A model generated the notes under the pieces. It was not told where the DNA came from. It did no database searches and saw only the letters and a list, made by a program, of their open reading frames with translations. Below are positions 19,095 through 25,984 of a stretch of DNA of 29,812 nt, in pieces. Where the stretch lies: assembly GCA_029857925.1 (NCBI GenBank), contig JAOUGF010000001.1, forward strand, positions 1-29,812, in the 5' to 3' direction. This stretch comes from Gammaproteobacteria bacterium (GTDB lineage: Bacteria > Pseudomonadota > Gammaproteobacteria > S012-40). The first letter of the stretch is position 1; the number at the start of each line of letters is the position of its first letter. Both the position numbers and the translations under genes were made by a program.

Positions 19095-22000
19095 TCAATC
19101 TATCAATACTAGACGTTCCGGCACTTCGACCGGCCCTCGCGACGGGCCTCCACCACCACCAGAACCGCTTTGCCCGGAAAACTGATAACCTACTGTAATA
19201 TTTTTCACTCGATATCCGGCCAAGCGCCCAGCTTGCGCGGGGAACATCTCCTTGCTATAGGTTTTGGGTCCACCACGAAAATCCTTCATGAATTCTGTAA
19301 ACCCGCTAAAACCGGAATACTTACGCTCACATACCACATCGCCTACATATATCTGCAGAACCACATCTGCGCAATCAGCGGGATTCCATTGAAATTTCTT
19401 TTGAATTGGGTAGTTGTAATTATCCAATTCAATATTACCCGACCCGCACTGCAATATTAATTTTGTCAAATGAGGTTTCACATCGGCATCGCTATTTACT
19501 CCCGTAGGCAAAGCACCGACACTCACAGTCATTGGACCACCACCTGATCCGGCGCCTACTTTACCGTTATTAAGCAAATGCACCATTTGTGGTGTAAACG
19601 CAAAACTCGCGTTATAAAGGCGTTTAATATCCATTCCACCCCGCGTTTTCTTAACAAATGAAACCAAGTGAGTGGTTTGAAATTCCCAAACCTTTCCTTT
19701 TTCGCCCTGTAGCGCATCAATCTTAGCCCATCCATTTAGATTATCCGCCGCTGTCAGCACCTCATCCTGCCAGACCTGTTGTAAATGCTGCGCAGTGCGA
19801 TCTACAACTACGCCCCAAGTCAATTCAAACTGACGACGCAAATATTTCCACACTACATCTTCTTCTGCATCGCCATCACCCATAGTTTCTTCCAACTGTT
19901 GAAGATCCCAATCAAGTTTATTGGGAATCGCTGCTGGTTCACCTACGACTGTGCCAGCCTCAGCAAACGCGGTTTTAGCCATTTCGAAGGAAGCCTGGGT
20001 GGACTTGGTTTGTTGTCCTAACTTACCAATATTTTCCTGATAGCGCGCGACGATGGTCGCAATCTGTTCTTCTGTCGCAGCTTTCTTTTTCTTAGTTTTG
20101 GTCGCCTTCAACGCCATCTTTCCCGCCGAACCCAAAAGGCTCGCACCTTTCTTTACCAACTTCGAAACCATTTTGTTTCCGCCCTTAGACTGTTCAAGAT
20201 AGTCTGGACTACTCATTTTGGCGAACTGAACAGAAAGCGCAACCCAACTTGGGTCCTCTTCTTGCTCTTCATCCTTGCCATTTTTTTCCTCGCTGGTTTT
20301 TGCTAACACTGGCGCTAAAACCGTTGGCAGGTCATTAAGGAATTTCAGGTAAGGCGTATCTTTCCCCGTGATGAACACGGCCATTTTTTGCTTTTTATCG
20401 CGACCGGAAAACGCGGTTGAGCCTGAATCGAATTTTGCCATATATTCGCGCCAAGCTAAAAAGTAGAGACTACGATATTCCGACATAAACGATTTTTTAT
20501 TTTCATTCAAAATATCCTTATCATTTACTACCTTTTCTATTTCCAGTAGAAAATCGCGAATCATTAACCATCCCTCAGGAGTAAATGCGCGTGAGACTTT
20601 TGCCGCTCTATCTCCGTTCGCATCTACATCCCAATATCGGCGTGTAGTAACATCCTCGACGGTTGGTTGCATATTTGCCCATTGGATCAGCCACATCAAT
20701 CCAATTTCAGGATTTTTTAACAACCCTTCCAAACGCGCGCGTTCCTGCTTTATGATGTCCTTGTTTTGAGTTCCGCTTGACCAGTGTACATAGGCCGTAT
20801 AGCCACTTGTGACCGAAGGCAAAAGATCAGTGTTATTAAAATTGAGCGTTTCTGAAAACACCTGGCTATTGGGTTGGTAGTTTTCCAATAACTTACTCAG
20901 ACCCAGGTCGCCTTCAATTGCCGACTGCGCAAGTTTAATCCTGCGTGTCATAAAATCTATATAATTTGCTAACTTACTAGGGTCCGCGCCGCTAGCAACT
21001 TCATCCAACGCCGTACCGTATGCGGGTTCAAATGCCTGTACTATTAACCGTTGAAAGCGACGATTATGCTCTGCCGCCATTTTTTCGCCGGTCCGTGTAC
21101 TTTGCCCGATGAAAAAACGCGTCATCCAAGACTGGCTATTTTCATTTTCTATCAACATCACTGCGGACCGAATGGCCGCCAAATTGGCCAACTCTGTTTC
21201 CAGTTTGGTTTTCGTTGCTAAATCGGACGGCAAACCTTGAGCCGCCATATTTATCACACGCAAATTGGCAAAAAAGGCATTCGTAAGCAATAGACCAAAT
21301 ACAACGCAAATAGACGCCCAGGCAACCAGCCCCACATTTTGGCGCAATGCTTGTAGACTAACCGCGCGTTTCGTTGGCCTTGCGATCGATTTTTCTTGTT
21401 TTAAAACGGTACCCAAAAACCCGCGCAAAAAATAACTTCGTTCTTGTGCGTTTGCAATCCCAACCATATTAGCACTGGGCAATTCCCTTTCAAAAATTGA
21501 AACCAAACTACCCTCTTGATGGGCGCTGGTAAAGTAAATGCCTCGGCATATCGGTGTTTCTTCATAATAAGCTTTGTCAAACAACGTAACTGCAAGGTTG
21601 CTTAATGCCTTGCCTACAGCTGCGATATCTTCAGGGAATATCAACTCACTTGCTCTAATTTCTTCTGGCGCAGTTCCAGTGAGAACGCCGTAACGCATGC
21701 GATCCAAAGATTGCTTAACTTGTTCAAGCGCTCCTTGTAACAGTTTTTCTATGTCTTGGCCGTTGGATTGTTCATGAATCAAAACTCCCATAGCCTGACT
21801 GAGTACAGCTTCCGGAAATCTCTCAAAAAATTTTGCGGCACCCGCCAACTTATCAATCTGTGTTATCATAAAATATATAGGCACACGCACGCCGACCTGC
21901 TTTATCAGTTCGGCGACGCGGGTGCGCAAAACTTCTACCTCAAGTTGCCACTCAGTGGTACGCCTACCCAAAAGATCTGCAGCGGACAATGCGACTATGA

Positions 22001-22598
22001 CACCGTTTAGTGGCTGCCATGGTCGAAATCTCTTAAATGAATTAAGAAATCTAAGCCATTCCGCCCGGCTTTCACTCGAATTATCGAATATATAGCGACT
22101 CGGTGTTTCGATAACAATGGATTCTTCCATTAACCACCATTGTCCCAGATCATCCGCTGGATCCGGCGCTTGGTCGCCTTCCAACAACGGAATAGAAACA
22201 CGGCTATTTTTTAACGCTCTGGTTTTTCCCACCCCTTGCGCACCGATCATTACATACCAGGGCAAAACATAAAGTGGATTCCCCTTGGCGCGGAGTTTGG
22301 ATCTTTTGATTCGGCCTACCGCATTATTAAATAAATTTTCGATTTTCTTTAATTTTCTCTGTAAGCTAGGCGATGCCTGTTCATTGGCCTCCGACTCTGC
22401 ACGATATCGCTTATACCATTTCCAAAAGCGATACCCACCCCACACTGAAATAACCGCTGCTCCTACACCTAATATGACTAACAAAACCTTCACTAAGGAC
22501 CATTGCATCGCGTAAGCAAGAAAGGCGATTAATACGATCAATAACGTGATCGCCAACACAATAAGAATCGCCTTCCAGAATTTTTCTAAAAAATTCAT
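19095..22598 (-). CDS. tssM: T6SS membrane complex subunit TssM (IcmF)
   Basis: Two N-terminal TMs, LPWYVMIG-AQGVGKT (Walker A), WQPLNGVIV, RVPIYFMITQID, RGIYFTS, YFLRG, a third TM and a large periplasmic region. Confidence 0.92.
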   Translation of the reverse strand: MNFLEKFWKAILIVLAITLLIVLIAFLAYAMQWSLVKVLLVILGVGAAVISVWGGYRFWKWYKRYRAESEANEQASPSLQRKLKKIENLFNNAVGRIKRSKLRAKGNPLYVLPWYVMIGAQGVGKTRALKNSRVSIPLLEGDQAPDPADDLGQWWLMEESIVIETPSRYIFDNSSESRAEWLRFLNSFKRFRPWQPLNGVIVALSAADLLGRRTTEWQLEVEVLRTRVAELIKQVGVRVPIYFMITQIDKLAGAAKFFERFPEAVLSQAMGVLIHEQSNGQDIEKLLQGALEQVKQSLDRMRYGVLTGTAPEEIRASELIFPEDIAAVGKALSNLAVTLFDKAYYEETPICRGIYFTSAHQEGSLVSIFERELPSANMVGIANAQERSYFLRGFLGTVLKQEKSIARPTKRAVSLQALRQNVGLVAWASICVVFGLLLTNAFFANLRVINMAAQGLPSDLATKTKLETELANLAAIRSAVMLIENENSQSWMTRFFIGQSTRTGEKMAAEHNRRFQRLIVQAFEPAYGTALDEVASGADPSKLANYIDFMTRRIKLAQSAIEGDLGLSKLLENYQPNSQVFSETLNFNNTDLLPSVTSGYTAYVHWSSGTQNKDIIKQERARLEGLLKNPEIGLMWLIQWANMQPTVEDVTTRRYWDVDANGDRAAKVSRAFTPEGWLMIRDFLLEIEKVVNDKDILNENKKSFMSEYRSLYFLAWREYMAKFDSGSTAFSGRDKKQKMAVFITGKDTPYLKFLNDLPTVLAPVLAKTSEEKNGKDEEQEEDPSWVALSVQFAKMSSPDYLEQSKGGNKMVSKLVKKGASLLGSAGKMALKATKTKKKKAATEEQIATIVARYQENIGKLGQQTKSTQASFEMAKTAFAEAGTVVGEPAAIPNKLDWDLQQLEETMGDGDAEEDVVWKYLRRQFELTWGVVVDRTAQHLQQVWQDEVLTAADNLNGWAKIDALQGEKGKVWEFQTTHLVSFVKKTRGGMDIKRLYNASFAFTPQMVHLLNNGKVGAGSGGGPMTVSVGALPTGVNSDADVKPHLTKLILQCGSGNIELDNYNYPIQKKFQWNPADCADVVLQIYVGDVVCERKYSGFSGFTEFMKDFRGGPKTYSKEMFPAQAGRLAGYRVKNITVGYQFSGQSGSGGGGGPSRGPVEVPERLVLID

Positions 22599-22601
22599 AA
22601 A

Positions 22602-23303
22602 TTATCCTCCTCCCAAACGCGCGACAACGTTACTGCTGATGCCGCTCAGGACGAATTGATACACTAAATACAATAAACCGAGCATTGTCGGCGGGACTGT
22701 CAAGAGCACCAATCTAAAAGGCGTCCATCTTTTTTGTGCAACGTTTTCCCTTCCGCCCGCATCACCCAAACCACGGTATGCGACATCAAACATCGTTTTA
22801 GTTTTGTATTCCATTGGAACAGCACTGTCTTTGGAAAGCTGACGTTGTGTGGCTTTTTTCAATTGTGTGAGCAACAAATCATCACCGGGGTTACAAAATC
22901 TCCCTGTAAACCCTAAACCTAGGCACCAAAAATAGACTTCACGCACTTCGTTTTGTTCATTTGGAATCCGATTCAGGCGTTCAAAGAACTCCTCACCCGC
23001 ATTGGTAATTCCGTACAATTCGCTTTGCAAAAGATTCCTCCGCCACTCTTCGCTTGCGCTCCAAGGGGTTGACATCAGTGTTTCATCCACCCATGCGCAA
23101 ACAGCAAAACGAGCTTCATCATAATCGCGCGGGTCTGTCGCACCGTCGCGCGCGCGCGCGGCGCTCTCTTCCAATAAGGAATTGATCCGTGTTCGAACCA
23201 CTTGATACGCTGGATGCGACTGTCCGCCCAATCTTCTAAGCCCTTGCACGTAAGCAAACAAATGGGAAAATATAGTTGTGAGCGTAATTTTTGAATTAAC
23301 CAT
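22602..23303 (-). CDS. tssL: T6SS inner-membrane subunit TssL (DotU), short form without an OmpA-like domain
   Basis: EARFAVCAWVDE, W...LLQSELYG..NAGEEFFERL and EVYFWCLGLGFTGR; a single C-terminal TM followed by about 15 residues. Confidence 0.93.
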   Translation of the reverse strand: MVNSKITLTTIFSHLFAYVQGLRRLGGQSHPAYQVVRTRINSLLEESAARARDGATDPRDYDEARFAVCAWVDETLMSTPWSASEEWRRNLLQSELYGITNAGEEFFERLNRIPNEQNEVREVYFWCLGLGFTGRFCNPGDDLLLTQLKKATQRQLSKDSAVPMEYKTKTMFDVAYRGLGDAGGRENVAQKRWTPFRLVLLTVPPTMLGLLYLVYQFVLSGISSNVVARLGGG

Positions 23304-24696
23304 AGATCACCATCAATTCCATTTCCATGTCTTGGGGCGGATTATCCAGATAAACCGCTAGATTTTGCATCTCTTTTACGGACGTCCAAACATCCGCATG
23401 TGAATGAATCTCAAAATAATGGCTGTGCCCGGTGCGTGGAAGCACAGAAGGCGGCGTAGATACATGCTCCAGCGGTATTCCCGCCAACGATCGCGCCACT
23501 AAAATAGGCAAAAGCTCTCGCGATGCGATTTTTGCATACGCGCCCATAAGAGCGACTACCTGTTCAGTGTCCAGTTCGGTTTTAACATGTAAATAGAATC
23601 GATTTTGACCCTGAAATATTCGAGTATTCACATCTGAATAAAAGTAGGTTCCATCGAACAACATAGTTGTGACGTAATCCGGGCCGGCAGTGATTTCATC
23701 CATAATAGCCCCAACCACACGAATCGCTTTTCTAAAGCAGGATGCAATCATCGCATGATCATAAACCGGTAAGGAAGGTTCGTTGCCATCGGCATTTGCG
23801 CCAAGCAAATCGAATTTAAACGATAGAGTGGATAATTCACCCGCCATTTGTACCAATTGCAAATAGACGACTTGAGGAGAAATCTCTCCTTCTTCAATAT
23901 TATGATGCAACCAAGGAACGAATCTATTTAAAATCTGCAATGCAAACAGATAAAACATCTCCCGTTGCCCCATTGCCGACTCATTTAGTCTGTCATTTTT
24001 ATGCAGGGCCAATTCACGTGCTTTGCTTGTAAGTTGCTCTCGAATATCTCGCAGCCATTTGTGCAACAACGGTGAAGATTTGATTTTCATTACTGGAGGG
24101 ACAAAGTCTTCTGCCAAGCGAATTTCGCTACCATTGCGCACAATTTCAGCAATCTTTATCTTGTCAAAATTGACGGCATCTTCAATTTCTTTTCCGAAAA
24201 ACAGCTGCAAATTGTACGTCAACGTACCAATGGACTCTCCGCTGTCTGGAATAAATATATCAGGCACACTGTTCTGCGCGGAAGTCTCGGCGTAGCGCTT
24301 CTGATTTAGCCTGGCGACCAGATCGTTGGCTGAGAGCTCGCTCGCTTTGGACATATTGTCTTGGCGTTCTGCAAGCTTTCTAAGCCCTATGCATACCGGT
24401 AACCGGGTTGCGTTTGCCCCCCATGCCCCTTCAAATGATCTTTGCAGCATTAATGCATTTTTCGGAAACATTACGCGAGTACCATCTGCAAAACAGAGCG
24501 CGCATTGTTCTACTTCAAATACTTGCGCCGCCAACCTGGAATTGGCCACACGCAATGTCTCAATCCCCCAATAGTTGGGATTCCAAAGACTTGAAACATC
24601 GTGCAACCGATCATGCAAGTAAAGGTCATGTTGTTGAAAATGTTGCGGGCGTAAAAATAGCCCTTCATGCCAATGTATGCGACCGATCGCTTTCAT
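23296..24696 (-). CDS. tssK: T6SS baseplate subunit TssK
   Basis: IHWHEGLFLRPQHFQQ, YWGI, DGT...FP, FVPP and YDH motifs; between tssJ and tssL. Confidence 0.94.
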   Translation of the reverse strand: MKAIGRIHWHEGLFLRPQHFQQHDLYLHDRLHDVSSLWNPNYWGIETLRVANSRLAAQVFEVEQCALCFADGTRVMFPKNALMLQRSFEGAWGANATRLPVCIGLRKLAERQDNMSKASELSANDLVARLNQKRYAETSAQNSVPDIFIPDSGESIGTLTYNLQLFFGKEIEDAVNFDKIKIAEIVRNGSEIRLAEDFVPPVMKIKSSPLLHKWLRDIREQLTSKARELALHKNDRLNESAMGQREMFYLFALQILNRFVPWLHHNIEEGEISPQVVYLQLVQMAGELSTLSFKFDLLGANADGNEPSLPVYDHAMIASCFRKAIRVVGAIMDEITAGPDYVTTMLFDGTYFYSDVNTRIFQGQNRFYLHVKTELDTEQVVALMGAYAKIASRELLPILVARSLAGIPLEHVSTPPSVLPRTGHSHYFEIHSHADVWTSVKEMQNLAVYLDNPPQDMEMELMVIYG

Positions 24697-24746
24697 AAAC
24701 CACTCCCGATTCCTACTAAATTAATTCAAAATACTAAGCCATAGAA

Positions 24747-25274
24747 CTACAATAAATTGCCGACAATTCCATCACGACCCAGCATAAGCTCTAGTCGTGT
24801 TTCAGATGGATCGGTTTGAAACCATCGCCAAAAATAAATCAGTTTTGACTGCCTTTCAAACGGAATCATTCTTCCAATTGAACCAGGCTGCTGCACATAA
24901 TAACCAGCCACCACGCCCAGGTATCTAACTCCTGCGATACGGTCTATGTATACTCGTTTTTTTTCTCCCGGCTGTACAACCAATTTATTTCTCGCCATCA
25001 CGGTCTTGTCAAACGTACCCCCTTCCAACAAAGTTGCGACGCCGGCTGGGTCCTCTAACATTGTACGAAATGTGCCTTGCTCGGAAAATTGGTAGACGAC
25101 GACCACCAGGGTATGAGGTTCGCGGTTAAAGGTGTTTAAGTCCTTTTCAGCCTTTACATTTATACCGATGCCATCTTTTAAGAATGGCACTTCCGGCATT
25201 GAAGGCATCATCGAGCATCCCGCGAATAACGTATTCACAGTCAGAATTGCTATTAATAAGATAAGTCGGTGCAT
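24747..25274 (-). CDS. tssJ: T6SS outer-membrane lipoprotein TssJ
   Basis: Signal peptide with lipobox FAG-C20; DLN...PH.LVVVVYQ, VQPGEK and YLGVVAGY motifs. Confidence 0.88.
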   Translation of the reverse strand: MHRLILLIAILTVNTLFAGCSMMPSMPEVPFLKDGIGINVKAEKDLNTFNREPHTLVVVVYQFSEQGTFRTMLEDPAGVATLLEGGTFDKTVMARNKLVVQPGEKKRVYIDRIAGVRYLGVVAGYYVQQPGSIGRMIPFERQSKLIYFWRWFQTDPSETRLELMLGRDGIVGNLL

Positions 25275-25277
25275 AAT

Positions 25278-25982
25278 TTACTCTTTGGTTGTCTTTAAAT
25301 GGCGTCGGTACATATCGCGAAAATCGCGGGTCAAAAACCCTTTGGTGTGATATGCGGTGAGTTGAGCATGCTTTTCTTCGAAGGCATCGAACCACGCAGC
25401 TTTTAGAAAAGGTCCAACTTTAGCTGTCTTTTTCTCCAAATTCTTTTTTAGTGTTTCCGGCCCCAATGCCTGCAAGAGGCGCCCAAAGGATTCCTGCGCA
25501 GCCGATTTCATAGCTGCGTCGCTTTCCGTCATTCGCTGTGTCACCGTCATTATCGCCTCGTGCAACGAATTGGCGTCTGAAGCGAATCTAGAAAGCGCCT
25601 TTATCCATACTTCAACATTTTGTTCTAATAGCTCCAAACCTTGGCTGTTTTCCAACGACGCACCCGCGCCGAGTAATCTATTCAGCAAATGCGTAGGAAT
25701 CTTAGTTTGTGGCGTTTGCTCGTTACAATTTTTGGGATTCTGCTCTTCATTTTTGGCTATCTGGAGAGACTGGCGCAACGGTAAACTCTGCAATGTACGC
25801 GTTAGCCCATCTAGATATACACCAAAAAAAGAACTGTCCACGTTAGCTAGACGTGTACGTAGCACCGACACCACCAAACGCCGTCTATGTGTAGCAGGTA
25901 GATTGGCCGCCCGATGAATGCCCCTCCGTAAGATATTTGCTGTTTCAATACACCAATATTCTAGTGGATCATCTACCGCCAT
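25278..25982 (-). CDS. T6SS-associated protein resembling the C-terminal domain of Fha/TagH but lacking an FHA domain
   Basis: The C-terminal ~80 aa (AAMKSAAQESFGRLLQALGPETLKK...AAWFDAFEEKHAQL...FLTRDFRDMYRR) follows the A...A...LL..F.P..L / A..W..Y...Y..L / F...F...Y pattern recalled for TagH C-termini. The gene sits immediately upstream of tssJ, the usual fha position. The N-terminus looks helical, with no FHA GR/S..HA motifs. Confidence 0.6.
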   Translation of the reverse strand: MAVDDPLEYWCIETANILRRGIHRAANLPATHRRRLVVSVLRTRLANVDSSFFGVYLDGLTRTLQSLPLRQSLQIAKNEEQNPKNCNEQTPQTKIPTHLLNRLLGAGASLENSQGLELLEQNVEVWIKALSRFASDANSLHEAIMTVTQRMTESDAAMKSAAQESFGRLLQALGPETLKKNLEKKTAKVGPFLKAAWFDAFEEKHAQLTAYHTKGFLTRDFRDMYRRHLKTTKE

Positions 25983-25984
25983 TT

